In this document: positions 49,901 through 62,449 of the stretch, piece after piece
How the letters are laid out: each line of letters opens with the position of its first letter
Position numbering within the stretch: position 1 is the stretch's first letter
Assembly (NCBI GenBank): GCA_965603825.1
Contig: CBFDEM010000056.1
Span: forward strand, 558,001-622,000
Reading direction: 5' to 3'
Length of the DNA stretch: 64,000 nt
Source of the DNA: Blepharisma stoltei ATCC 30299
Taxonomy: Eukaryota > Protista > Ciliophora
Program-made: the position numbers and the translations under genes
Notes under the pieces: generated by a model
What the model saw: only the letters and a program-made list of their open reading frames with translations
Databases searched by the model: none
What the model was told of the DNA's origin: nothing

Positions 49901-51065
49901 TATGCTTTTCTGGGAATTCTCCATATTGAGATAGCATTTTTTTTAATGCAGGAAGTTTAAATGTGACTTCATTTGCGGGCTTTAGGGCGATTAAAGGTTT
50001 TATATCTTGGGCATCTTGATTATCTTTTTTATCAGAGCTTTTGGCAAGATTAGGGGAAATTCCGATATCAAGTCTCTTTTTTGTTTGAGATTGGCTACTT
50101 GCCAGCAAAACGTTTATATCGTAAATCACTACATTCCCATTTGCTAAGACTCCTGACAAAAGTCCATTTCCACTAGTCTCAAAATTAACCATTGCATCAA
50201 TATTTTCAATTTTCGTTTCAATTTTGCTGGTTTTCACATTAATCAAATAAAATTGTCCGTTTCCTCCAATGCATGCAATGATGTCTCCTCTCAGCCAATC
50301 TAGTTTCACAATCCCTCTCAGCTCTGCTGGAAGCTTTAACGCCCAGCTTTCTTGTTCTGGATTTTCAGACTTCCACACGTGCAAATTCCCAGATTTCCCA
50401 ACCCCAATAACCAATTCATAGTCGCTTGAAAACGTAAACCCAAGTGGCTCATTTTCATTCATAATAAACTTCCTCACAAGTTCATAACTGTTTAAGCTTC
50501 ATTCAAAAATTATCCCATCTACAAAGCACGTCAATATTGACTGCATATTTGGGGCAAATTTTCCTGCTATAAAAGCAGCCGCCTGTGCATACAGTGATCT
50601 TACCCTTGTCCATGTTTCCACATTCCATATAATGCAGCTATCTGAGCTTATAGAAAGTAGCAGCTTTTTGACTGAATTTACACTGATTCCGATAACAGGC
50701 CCGCGATGGCCTCTGAGACTGCTTACTAATCTTCCTGTTAACTGATAAATTTCTATGTTTTTTGTTGACATCCCTACTGCAATTTCATCAGGCTGTCCTG
50801 GAATTATAGCGAGACTGGTTGGAGAAACGCAGCCTCTTATTATAGTGGAAAATCAGTTTTGGGAAAAGTTAAAGAGTGTTATAGTTCCTTTTGAATCTCC
50901 GATAAGAGCAATGTCGCCTGAAATATTGAAGGTAGATTGCTTTGCGAGAGCGCGGGGCTTTGTAATTGAAAAATCGATCAAAACTTTGAGACCTGATGAT
51001 GAAGTCTGAGTTTTTGTGTTCCAAATCCTGCCTGAAGACGCATTAAGCGCGAGGTTTAAAGCCAT
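46980..51065 (-). CDS. TBC1D31: TBC1D31/WDR67-like protein (WD40 + Rab-GAP TBC + coiled coil), about 1361 aa
   Basis: Four same-frame ORFs join through TGA 50853, 50499 and 49887. LRGHRGPV WD40 repeat, YGEFPEKHRIAIWSNLLNLP, WFQHWFENFPEPP. Confidence 0.9.
47408..47615 (-). repeat. 36-bp coding tandem repeat, about 6 copies (YEPRLEEPRTRG)
   Basis: GGCTCATA-type unit recurs every 36 nt or so; visible in the translation. Confidence 0.85.
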
Positions 51066-51316
51066 TTTGAAAATATGAAGGTATCACTTGTGTAGAGATT
51101 ATAGAGATTTAATTAAAATATTAGCTTGCATTAATTGCTTCAAATAAGCTTGGCTATTAGTTATATAAGAGCATTTAATAGAACACTCATATGATTAGAT
51201 TTATATTATAAGCAATCCTTTATATATAGATTATAAAGGAAATAATTGTTTAAATCAGTTTTTTAAAAATAATTTTCTAAACCCATGAGAGAAAAAATTA
51301 ATAAAACCATTTTCTT

Positions 51317-53395
51317 ATGAGTTCCTGGAAACAACTCTTAAAAGAAGAAAAGCTCAAATGAGACGTGGTTTCTGATGAAAAGGTCACCCCTACTTAGCTT
51401 TTTACCCAGCTTGAGTCTATGGCTGAGCATATAATCCAGCGCAGTACTCAGCTTAAATGGGATCTCGATACCCTTGCTAAAGACACAACAGCAGCTTCAG
51501 TCCAAGTAAGCAGTGTCTTGAACACTCTCGCAAACTTAGCTTCCTCCCAATTCGTTGCAAACGTAATAATCATTCAGAGTATCTCCGAAAGAGAACCAGA
51601 AAAACTTGACCAAAAAATAGCAGAGCAGCAAACTCCATCATCCTCAACCACTTTGACTCCTGCCAAAACTCTACGAGATGCTAGAATGGAAAAAGTTCAC
51701 TCACAAGAGGTGAGGGAAAACAACTTGCTGCCTAAGCATATACAATCAGTCAAACTCGGGATCGCAGGGCTAAAAGTTGACGATTTACTGAAAGAAAGCA
51801 AAGATGAAGACGCTATAAGTACCACGACGCTAGGAAGCCAGATTTTCAGAGGGACGGTAAAGAAGCTTCCACACGTGTATGGAACCTCGTTTTTCTTTAA
51901 TGACCCATGGATTGGACTTTATGAAGAAAATGAGCAAGTCTTAGACGGAATGGATGAAATCCCTACAGATTCAACACCTATCAAAACTCCTGATAGAACT
52001 CCTAGTCAGTCAGTGTCAGGTTCAACAGCTCCTCCAATTCCTCCACCATTACCAAAAACAACGCCACCTCCACCGCCTCCAATGACTGGAACAGTTCCTC
52101 CACCCCCACCTCCACCACCGCCACCTCCACCACCAGCTCCTCCTGCAATGGTGCCTCCACCAATACCTCCACCTATTTCCAAACCCCAAACACAGTCTCA
52201 GACTTCCGCTCCAAAGCCTCCAAGTGTTGGAACTTTCCAGCAAGGTCTTGCAGCAACCCTAGAGCACCGTCGTCAAATCATTGATGGAGAAGTCAAAGGC
52301 GATTTAAGTGTAAAGGACACTCTTATTAGTGAAAGTGAAGTGTTAGGCCTCCCAACTCCTAAAGTTTTCAATACTTTTTCACATCCTGCACCTTCACAGC
52401 CTGTAGAGCGAAGCGTGAGCACTAATGAAGCCCCTAAAAAGAAGCCAGAAGAAATGACGATGGAAGATAAGCGAAAACAATTGGCAGGAATTTTTGGAGG
52501 CGCGCCAATAATGAGACCACCTCCTCCACCTCCTGTCAAGGAAAACCCACCATCAGTGGCAACCCAGCCTGTAATGCCTCAAATTAGCAAGCCTCCAACT
52601 GCTCCAAGCCCTCCTTCAGTTACTCCACCTAAACAGCCAACTCAAAAAGCACCTGCTAAGCCAGTAGAAGAAGAGGAAGAATCTTCGTTATTCAGACCTT
52701 CTAGGCCTTCTACCCAGAACCAGAAGAAGTTTGCAGGTATTTTTGAAGATACACAAGAGGAAAGTAAGCAGCCAAAAGCAAAGGACTCAAAAAGAGCAAT
52801 GAATATGTTTAAATTTATAGAAGAAGAAGATGAAAATACAATTGACGTTCTTCTTAATTCAGAAATTGCCAAAGGAAAGCTCAAAGGAAAAGAAGACAAC
52901 CCGTTCATGTTTAAACAGCCAGAGCCGAAAGCTCCAGAACCTCCAAAAGAAGATAATCCTTTCATGTTTAAAGCTCCAGAGGCTTCACAAGAAAAACCTA
53001 AAAAACCAATAACCATTGAGCCGGAAGAGAAGAAGAGCGTGGAAGCTTCTCCTAGCCCTGAAAGACCAGCAGAAGAAACCAAGGCTCCAATGCCTCCGTT
53101 TCCATTTGGAATGAGGCCACCTCAGCCTCCAAAAGATACCCCCGCAGAAATTAACGTTGATATCAATATGAATAAACCTATCCGATTTGGAAGGCAAGCT
53201 TCTTCAGCCAAGAAATTTGATGAGTTTGAAGAAGATGTCAAGCCAGCTGTAACTGAAGAAAAGCCAAAAGGTAGGCCGAGTCTGTTTGATGAAGAAACTG
53301 ATTACCCCCCGAACCGTCCTTCTAAAATGAAGTCAATATTCGATGAAGACGAAGACTCACCTAAAGGAGGGAAAAAGCCTTCATTATGGGATTAA
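51317..53395 (+). CDS. WASHC2: WASH complex subunit 2 (FAM21)-like
   Basis: WDVVSDEKL head (TGA 51359), QFVAN, KLPHVYGTSFFFNDPWIGL, poly-Pro, LFa-like motifs (SLFDEE, SIFDED). Introns 51383..51397 and 51563..51577. Confidence 0.8.
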
Positions 53396-53413
53396 GCTAA
53401 TTCTAATTATAAA

Positions 53414-55636
53414 ATGGAACTTCATCACATCCCAGTTGCATATTACGATGAAGCAGGGATCTGGCCTTTATTTTCAAAAGAAATTATTGACAGGACTCCC
53501 ATACCTGGAGCCACTTTTTCGACTTTCCAGGGAGAAATCCCTCTTCCGCCATTAAACATCAGGTTTATTAAGCATGAAGAAGCCTATTGGGAACCCAAAA
53601 TCGAAGATGCCTTTCTCAAGCCTTATCTCTGGATCTTTTTACTACACTGTAATAACTTTGAAATATATAAGCGAGATATCAAGCATAAATTGAGAGAATT
53701 AGTGAATGCCATGGGTGTGCAGAGAGTAGAATGGCTTGTTTTATACGTGCCGTCGCTTACACAGCTAGGCAAATCCCAACACAGTACCTTTGCGAAGGTT
53801 TTTGAAAAAATTCAAAAGGATATTTTCTCAATGTTTGGTCTTCGACAGTGTGTCAGACTGTTTTCCCAAGCTACGAAATCATTTATGGCAATTGACCAGC
53901 CGAGCAAAATCAGAGACGATTTTTGGGCTGATTTAATAAAATCTATAGGAAAAGGAGTAAGCGCAGGACTTTGCAACAGAATGGCCTTATTTTTAGAAGA
54001 ATTATCAATATTAGAGCAGACTAAAGATTTCTATAAGTACTGTCTTACGAAAGAAGGGCTTGCTATTATGTACTCTCTTGCAGGGTTAAATTTGCATGCT
54101 AAAATGTGCTACGACGATCTTTTGGCACCTCCTGAGCCGTATTTGCCTTTAGATTTTATCCAGATTTCAATGCGGGATTTGCAGCATAACTCAGAGATGA
54201 CAATGCAAGATTTCCGAAACGCTATGGAAACAGGCAGCATGAGTGAGCTTTCTTTCAGAGAATACGTGTTTTCCCGACAGAAGGCACAGTTAGAATATAT
54301 AAAGGCTTATGTATTGATAGGAGAACTCAGCTTGAATTTAATATCTACATCGATGCGGCTGTTTAGGATGCTTCCTAATGACGAAGAAAGAAAGTTTGGA
54401 AGCGTTTGAGTGTATCAGACGTCATTAAAGCTGGCTGAATATCTGCAGCAAAACATAGATGGTATTTGATAATAAGACATTGATGAAGAAGAAGTAAGAA
54501 TTGACGTACATTATAGTGTGGGGTTGCTGCTTTCTATTGCAAGAAGCAGGCTTGAAAGATTAGCATCAGACAGGTTTGGGGACTTTGAAATATTTGTAAT
54601 ATATAATTAGACCAAAGTGGACCTAGTTGACGATTTTGCACTAGATAAATCTCCAGTGAAAATTGAAGGAAAAACCAAATCTCCTCAGGTCATGCTTTCT
54701 GATAGTCCCACTATAGACATGCCAGAGCATGGAGGTGATCTTCCACTTTCAGATTCGTCAAGTTTGCCTGAAAATGACCTAAATCCTGAAGATGTCCTGT
54801 CCAACCAATTTAAATTTGAAGACGCCTTGCTAAATATGACTGGGACTTTATATGAAGAATTCAGTCTTGCCAAATATTCGAGGATCTCAAATCGATATAG
54901 GGTAGAGCAAGGAGTTTTGCTTAATAATCGCGGCTTTTATGAGCAAGCAATTAGAGTTCTGAAATCAGTATCATATAATGATTGAAACAGCTTAGACTTA
55001 GTGATACAAACAAATTTATTCCAATGCTACATACAGACGTCTAAACTTCAAGAAGCTTATGATACTGCTATGATTATTACAAAACAGAGCCATTGCGTAT
55101 CTTCTGCATTTTTAGCTAAAATGTCTAAGTGATTAGAAGAAATCTCTTATATTTCTGAAAATTTTTCCTATAATTCTAAAAAGAACTCTAATGTAATGCT
55201 TTCACCTGTCAAGACTTTAAATGAAGAAAATGCTGGCACAGAATCTGAAACAGTTAGACTAAGGACTGGAGTTAATATAGAGCCTCTAGATGTACATAGC
55301 AAAATTTATAGGCAAGATGATATAAATGTAATTTCTATTTGTGTAACAAACCAAGCTCATACTTCATTAAGGCTTCATAATTGAAAAATAATAGGCTGTG
55401 ATATTCAAATCGACTCGAATCAAGAAGACTGCATCTTAAGGACTGGACAGCAGCAATATATGGCATTTTTAGCAAGTAATATTATAAACCCAGAAATTGT
55501 TTTCAAATATTCATGTGTGCCAAGGAGGAAGGACAAAAAAGCAAATCATAAAGCGAAAATTTCGATGTTTGAGTTCACTCATGTAATTTCTAATGAAGAA
55601 ATAATTCCTTGTAAGAACAATGATGAGATAAACTAG
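53414..55636 (+). CDS. TRAPPC10: TRAPPC10/Trs130-like protein (about 730 aa)
   Basis: KPYLWIFLLHC...YKRDIK...EWLVLYV, KEGLAIMY, FREYVFSRQ. Introns 54462..54476 and 54596..54610. TGA at 54407, 54983, 55130 and 55382. TAG at 55634-55636. Confidence 0.72.
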
Positions 55637-55695
55637 GGGATAAATATATTTTCCAAGAAAACTTAATTATAATCACTGCTCCTATTAATAATTAT

Positions 55696-56011
55696 TTAAC
55701 TATCATAATCAGGCTCACTTCCAGGAACAATCTGCGTAAGCGTTACCATCAAAATATTGGCTCCATTAAGCAGGATGCTATGCCTTGTCGTCAGAATTCT
55801 TTGATTTTCTACAAGCTCACCTATTAATTCATTACTATTCCTTGACTTCTTGTAGAACCATATTAAAATACTCATCATGCCCCTTTAAAACTCCACAAAA
55901 TTCTCTATCATCCCTTAAAATCAATCAAACTTTTTGCCCAATGCATTTGTCAAGCATTTCTATCTATTTTTTACTTAAAGGTAAAATGCTTCCTCCGCCC
56001 TCATAAGCCAT
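55696..56011 (-). CDS. LSM5: U6 snRNA-associated Sm-like protein LSm5
   Basis: Spliced product MAYEGGGSILPLKMLDKCIGQKVWLILRDDREFCGVLKGHDEYFNMVLQEVKEYELVENQRILTTRHSILLNGANILMIVPGSEPDYDS, using introns 55960..55974, 55820..55835 (16 nt, GT-GG) and 55732..55746, with TGA at 55925. Confidence 0.92.
55820..55835 (-). other. Candidate non-canonical 16-nt GT-GG intron (GTAATGAATTAATAGG)
   Basis: Unspliced and 15-nt spliced forms both give GAA TAG. Removing 16 nt gives GAA TAT GAG and restores the Sm2 motif frame. Confidence 0.8.
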
Positions 56012-56037
56012 TTTATAAATATTTAAGAAAAATAAAA

Positions 56038-57042
56038 TTAATTTTCTTCATCTTCTGTGTTTAACTTTCTTCTTTTTCTTGGCTCCTTCGACTTCTTCCT
56101 TGCCAACTTCTGCTGTTTTTTCCTCTCAACATTTTCTTCTTGTATCTTTTTCCTCATTTCTTTTAACTCTTTTTTCTCCTTCAGGATTCTTTCTGCTTCT
56201 TTTGCAGCTTTTGGATCTTTGTGTATTAAAGAATGGTAAAGGACATTTCCTCCACAAATCCCTTCTTCAATTTTGTGAAGCTTTAATGACATTCTTGGGC
56301 CTAGCTCTACAAGTCTTAGGGAAAGTTTTGAGGACTGGTCAGAGACAGTCGCTTCTTCTCCTTCGCTTTCACTTGCGTTGCCTGAGTTTTCTAGCCACTC
56401 TGAGACCGAATTAAACTGGTTCAAATTTGGGATTTGGTTTTTAGCGATTTTTTTTAAGGATTGGCTGATTCCTGTAGGTCTTGTTTTGATGAGATAGTGC
56501 CTCATTTGTAAAGTGTCGTCTTGATTATCGATTAAAACGACTCGTTTGCACTTTTTTAGCTTGATTTCTGACACGTCGAGAGTGGGGAAAATGCTCTTGA
56601 ATAGGTTGTTGGGAAGACCATCAACACCACGCATTATCAGAATTGGGGAGGATTTGAAGTCCGGTTGAAGTCGGCTGGCTTTTTTTAGTGAAGCTCTAAC
56701 ATCACTAGAAAGTGTGTACTCTAAGATTTTGAAAGAAATTGTTGGACCATTTGGCAATTTCACAGCCTTTAGATAGGTTGAATTCTTTGTGCAAGTGACA
56801 AACAGCATATTGTTTACCTCAAACTCGTTGGCCATGTTAATCAGATCTTTTAGATTGCTTTTCGAGCTTTCTTTGAAATCAAGAGGACAATTGGGGTAAA
56901 GGACAATTCTCAACTCACTGACAAGGTGCTTTAGAATGGGACCTATTTTCCCTCTTCTTGATACAATTGTGACTGGCTTTTCTTCATCGTCATCTTCTTT
57001 ATGAGTCCTGTGCTTTGTCCTTCTCCTCCCTCTTCTAGGCAT
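56038..57042 (-). CDS. PPAN: Brix-domain ribosome biogenesis factor Ssf1/PPAN
   Basis: KHRTH, LPNGPTISFKI, CKRVVL, MRHY, LRLVELGPRMSLKLHKIEEGICGGNVLYH. Confidence 0.93.
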   Translation of the reverse strand: MPRRGRRRTKHRTHKEDDDEEKPVTIVSRRGKIGPILKHLVSELRIVLYPNCPLDFKESSKSNLKDLINMANEFEVNNMLFVTCTKNSTYLKAVKLPNGPTISFKILEYTLSSDVRASLKKASRLQPDFKSSPILIMRGVDGLPNNLFKSIFPTLDVSEIKLKKCKRVVLIDNQDDTLQMRHYLIKTRPTGISQSLKKIAKNQIPNLNQFNSVSEWLENSGNASESEGEEATVSDQSSKLSLRLVELGPRMSLKLHKIEEGICGGNVLYHSLIHKDPKAAKEAERILKEKKELKEMRKKIQEENVERKKQQKLARKKSKEPRKRRKLNTEDEEN

Positions 57043-57550
57043 TTTATTAGATTATTTCATGCCGATTCTAATAATAGACTAACTAAAAAGTGGTTTAAAG
57101 CAAGCCAACATGCATCAAAATGTGTATAAAAACGCATAAAATTTATACTAAAATAAGTTGCGTCCAATATATGTGTTTGATCCAATCAACTTTTTATATA
57201 ATTAATATAAATTGCCAGTCAAAAGCATTTATGCTATATATATTTGATTAGTGATTTTTATAAGATTAGATATCATTAATCAATCATAATATATACTATT
57301 AATTTGGATTTCGTTATAAATTTCAATTATATATTAAAATCGTAAATCCTCTGCGCAAAATCAGTAAATCAAGTGAAGAATGGCTTAAAAATTTGTATTT
57401 TTAAAATAACTCTTTAAATGGTAATAGTTAATTTTTCCTGAAACTTAAAGACTTCGCACATTTTAACAAATCTCAAGCTGAAATTTAAATTCCATATAAA
57501 TTTCGGCCAAAGCGAATAAATAAAGTCTTAGAATTTTATTAATCTGGATT

Positions 57551-60286
57551 ATGGGAGGTTGCTTCAGTAATAGACCCAAAATTAAAGACATCTCCTCAAC
57601 TTGTAAGCAAAGCTCAGCTCGAATTTCTAATAGTAATCTTGCCTCTGCCACTATGTCCAACCGATTCACAACTGAAGAGGTTAAAGATAACTCTCGCCCA
57701 GGCTCCGCCAATAGAAAAGCCCATAAAAAAGGAGCCCATGTGAAGAATATACAAAGAAAAGCCAGTATTATAACAGAAGCGACCACTGCAGCAATAAATA
57801 CTCGAGATAAAACTCTGGAAGAAATGATAGAAATTAGGGAAGCTTTAAACCAACATTTCATTTTTAATAGTTTACCCGATGAAGTTATAGACGTAATCGT
57901 ATCGATGATGAAGTTATTTGTTTTAGAGCCAAATCAATTAGTTTATGCACAGGACCAAATGGGTTCTCACTTCTTTGTAGTCACAAAAGGAAAGCTAGAA
58001 ATAAAGGTAAAAAATGAACCGAAAGGCGTTATAACTAAAGGGATGAGTTTTGGGGAGTTGGCATTGATGCACGACTCGAAACGCACTAATTCAGTCTATA
58101 CAATAGAAAGGACCTTGCTGTGGGGAATTGATAGATATGAATTTAGAAATGCAGTAGCTTCTTATAACTCACAGAAATTTGAAGAAAATAGAAAGTTCAT
58201 TGATTCAGTGCCTTTATTGCAAATTTTAACAAATGCTCAAAAAGAAGCATTATTAGCAGTACTGAAAAGCCAAAGCTATTTCCCAGGGCAAAAGATTGTG
58301 ACGGAAGGAGAACCTGGAGATTTATTTTATATAATAAAAGAAGGTACAGTAAGCTGCTATGTCCAAGGAAAAATTGTGAGGCAATTAGGCAAAGGCGATT
58401 TTTTTGGTGAGCAAGCTTTGCTTTATAATTCATTAAGAACTGCAACTATTGTTTCAAATACAAAGGTTGGGGTTCTTTCTTTGTGTAGAGAAGATTTAAT
58501 CAGTGTGCTTGGAGACCAGCTCCAACTTATTATTTATAAGAACTCTCAAAGAATCGCTATAGAATCTAGTCCGCACTTGAAAGACCTGACAAAAAACCAA
58601 GAAGAGGCTGTGATACAAAAAATGAAGGTTGTCAGCTACCAAAACGGAGAAATTATAATTAATAAAGGTATGCCTAAAGGGCATAAACTATGACTTGTGG
58701 TAAAAGGGGCAGTAATTGCTGAAGAATCCGGCAAAAGAATTCTGTCCCTGCATTGTATAGGTGATGAGGAATTAATTAACCCAATTCAAAGTAATTATGA
58801 GGAAAATTATATCGCTGAAGGCTCTGTTGATATAGAAGAAATATCAAGGGCTGAGTTTGAAACTTGTATAGGAGGGAAATTAAACAATATAAAATCTCAT
58901 AATGAAGTGCTAAAAATTATGAGGAATGTACAGCTTTTTAGGGCTTTGCCAACAAACAAGCTTGAATCTCTAGTAAATATGATTTATGTGCAAACATATG
59001 GAGATAAGCAAGTTATTTTCCACGAGTTCTCGCTTGGTGATGCATTTTACATCGTCAAATCAGGCCAAGTCGATATTATTAAAGATAACACTGTATTAAG
59101 AACTGTTGCTAAGCATGGCTATTTTGGAGAAAGATCTATAATTAACAACGAAAAAAGAACAGCCACAGTCGCTGCAAGTGGAAAAGCGAAAGTCTGGGTC
59201 CTTAACAGAGAAGATTTTTTAAATTTAATTGACGAAGGAATAAGACACCAGCTCCTCAAAAGAATGGAGCTTCAAGATGATTCCATCACCTTACCCGACT
59301 TGTCTATAATAAAAATCCTGGGAAAAGGGATGTTTGGAAATGTCTTCATGGCAATTAACAAAAATAAAGGCACGTTGTACGCCTTAAAAACTGTGAATAG
59401 AGCAAAAATAAGAAGCTATGATTTATATACAAATTTGTTACTAGAAAGGCATATTTTGTTGCAAATTGACCATCCTTTTATCATGAAGCTTGTAAAAACG
59501 TTTAAAGATGAGGAGCGTGTATATTTTTTGACAGAGCTTGTGAGAGGAAAAGACCTATTTGATGTGCTCAGGGAAATGAACTTACTTACTGATTCTGATA
59601 CAAAGTTCTTTTCATCGTGCATTTTAATGATTCTTGAGCATATCCATGAAAGAGGAATCATATATAGAGACCTCAAGCCTGAAAATATTATGATTGATGA
59701 AGATGGCTATCCCAAACTTATCGATTTTGGAACTGCCAAAGTCGTAGAAGGCAGGACTTATACGGTGGTCGGAACCCCACATTATATGGCCCCAGAAGTA
59801 ATTTTAGGCAAAGGCTATGGACTTTCCGCTGATTATTGATGCTTGGGAGTTATGATATATGAGTTTGTAGTTGGCTCCATGCCTTTTGGTGATGAAGAAG
59901 AAGAGCCATACGCAGTCTATGAGCAAGTGCTTAAAGCTAAGTTAATCTACCCTCATCATACAAGAATTAATGCAAAATGCAAAGAAGTTCTTGAAAAGCT
60001 ACTTGAGAAAAATCCAGTAATGAGGGGGACGATTGAAACTATTAAAGCAATGAAGTGGTTTGAAGATATAGATTGGGATGCCATGCTTGGCAAACAGATT
60101 AAACCTCCGTATATCCCTCGTTTACCTAATCAGTCAGCTGAACTTAATCAAGCCATGAAATCAAAAGTGTCATTAACAGCAGTCATTTCCGTAATTTTTA
60201 TGTAGAAAGAAGAAGCTCAGGATAGTTTTGAAATTCCAAGAGGCAGAGGAAAACCTCCTCCAACTGCGTGGGATGAAGTTTTTTAA
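57551..60286 (+). CDS. PKG: cGMP-dependent protein kinase (alveolate type, multiple cNMP-binding domains)
   Basis: MGGC acylation start; FGELAL...RT, FGEQAL...RTA, FGERSI...RTA; GKGMFGNV, YRDLKPEN, GTPHYMAPE. TGA at 58691 and 59837. Intron 60191..60205. TAA at 60284-60286. Confidence 0.95.
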
Positions 60287-60382
60287 ATATTATATAGCTA
60301 AAATAAGTTACTGTAAAGAAAATATAATAAAGATAGTTAAAGAGACAAATCCGTTCACCTATAAATGAATTAATGTTTATAA

Positions 60383-61360
60383 ATGGAGCAAGACTTAGTT
60401 CTTTATAAATGCAGCGATCTCTACGACCCAGTTATCCAAATGGTGAGATGCTGGGTAGCGTTTTGCCATATCCAAGGATATAAAGAATGTGAAAGTGAAT
60501 ATTATTGGAATGCTGTTGGGAATCTACCTGTTTTAAGGTATGAAAGATCCGTTTTCGCTAAAGAGCATATTTTGGAGTTTCTTAAAATTGCTTATGATAT
60601 TAATTTCAATTTAACTGAAGAAGAAAGAAGAGAATCTACCTTATTAGAAGAAATATGTGTCAGCAAAATTCATCCAGGCACTATATTTGCTATGTGGATT
60701 GATGAAAGCACGAGCAAAGGATTTTATGAGAAAAGTAAGAGCAAAATTTGGAAATTCTTGATGAAGCCTTTTGCAAAATTAGGGTTTTGGGTAGAAAAAA
60801 GAAATATTAAAGACTATTTGAAGTATCAGCATGGCTTTACCTCAAAAACAAATGCATTCTCCCATATCCATCAAGCTCATCAGCTCTTAAGCGAAAAACT
60901 AGGAAATCAAGCATTTTTCTTCCAAACAATGGATAGAGCGAATTTCCCAAGAAGCGCAGACATTACCATTTATGCCTACTTATTAGAAGAAATCATATAC
61001 TTACACTCCCATCCTCATGTTACAGATTCTTTAAATAGCTTCCCAAATCTACTGAATTTTATGAAAAGGATGAAAAATTTATTATCAATAAATAACCCAA
61101 AAAAAGAAATCCCAGAATATAGTCTTGTGTATGGGTATTTTTTGCATCCTCCTAGCAATGAAGATCAAGAATACTACCCACCTGCAATAGCAATCAAGCC
61201 TTATCAAGAGAATAATTGGGAACAGATTAAGTATAAACTTCAAGGCCAAACTCCAACCTTAAAAGCATCTGTAGAAGATGCTACTAGAAGAAGGATTTAT
61301 GTGACTAGCGTCTCTGCAATCTTATTTCTCTTTATATATTTAAGATTCAATAAACACTAG
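60383..61360 (+). CDS. Metaxin/Sam37-like GST-fold protein with C-terminal TM
   Basis: GNLPVL, LSEKLGNQAFFF...PRSADITIYAYL, FPNLLNFMKRM, terminal hydrophobic helix. Confidence 0.78.
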   Translation: MEQDLVLYKCSDLYDPVIQMVRCWVAFCHIQGYKECESEYYWNAVGNLPVLRYERSVFAKEHILEFLKIAYDINFNLTEEERRESTLLEEICVSKIHPGTIFAMWIDESTSKGFYEKSKSKIWKFLMKPFAKLGFWVEKRNIKDYLKYQHGFTSKTNAFSHIHQAHQLLSEKLGNQAFFFQTMDRANFPRSADITIYAYLLEEIIYLHSHPHVTDSLNSFPNLLNFMKRMKNLLSINNPKKEIPEYSLVYGYFLHPPSNEDQEYYPPAIAIKPYQENNWEQIKYKLQGQTPTLKASVEDATRRRIYVTSVSAILFLFIYLRFNKH

Positions 61361-61453
61361 TTAAGATTATTCGTCATAAAATAATTAATTAACACCGTTA
61401 AATAACTAATAAATATTTTTCAAAACGTCCTACCTTATAAACCTGAGCAAAAT

Positions 61454-62449
61454 ATGGAGAGGACAAACGATCAATCTCTCTACCCCAATGTTTCTCTACT
61501 TTCTCTAAACTTATTCCTAAGACCCCCAGTAATCAAAACTAATATCTCTGACTACAAATCTGCGAGAGCGAGGTATTTCTTAGACAATATTATTTCAAAA
61601 TATGAGATTGTCTGCTTGCAAGAAGTATTTACAAGTTTCAGCTCGAGAAGAAAAAAAATCAAAAAAGAAGCATATCGTAAAGGATTTAAAGACTTCGCAG
61701 AAAGCCCAAATCCTGGGTGATTTGGTAGACATCTAACTGATGGAGGATTGCTAATACTTAGCAAATACCCAATTGTACAAAAAGATTTTTTTGGGTTCAG
61801 CCGCTCCAAGATGCCAGACACTTTAAGCCTAAAAGGCGTCCTTTATGCCAAGCTTCAGATAAATGATAAATTTGTCCACTTATTCACAGCACATTTGCAG
61901 TCATCCTACCCAACATCAGATTATCATAAATTTTTGAAATATCGGGAAATAAGAAGATCGCAGATTAAAGAAATGAGAGAATTCATGGATCGAAAAATTG
62001 AGTCCAGCAACGAATTGGTTATTTTAGTAGGAGATTTCAATGTCAATGGACGAGAAGAAATCAAGCCTCCGAAGTTCAAAGACCAGGAATGCCAAGATGA
62101 TTATTCTTGCTTTATTAATGAAATCAGTAAGGGAGGAAAGGAAGAAATTCTAGATGTGTTGAGAATGAAATTTGGGTATACCCCTGCGACTTATGGTAGA
62201 GTAGATAGAAATGGAAACGCAATTGAAACTGTGTTGAGCGAAAAAGACGAGACTATGAGTGATGAAGGGCTAGACCACATATTCTTTTGTAATATTGAGA
62301 AAAGCATTGAAAATGATTATAAAGTTCACATCAATATGGAAAGAACGCTAGTGGAGCCATTTTATACCCCAAATCAACCTTTTACACAGATAAGCGACCA
62401 TGCTGCCGTCCAGACGTCGTTTACATGGCTTAAAAATAATATGAGTTAA
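61454..62449 (+). CDS. Endonuclease/exonuclease/phosphatase-family, neutral sphingomyelinase-like enzyme
   Basis: CLQEVF, DGGLLILSKYPI, TAHLQ, VGDFN, LDHIF, ISDH; joined through TGA 61718. Confidence 0.9.

Noticed and set aside
55583-55598. Possible 16-nt GT-AG intron GTAATTTCTAATGAAG near the TRAPPC10 3' end
   Set aside because: Not needed for the reading frame and cannot be decided without RNA data.
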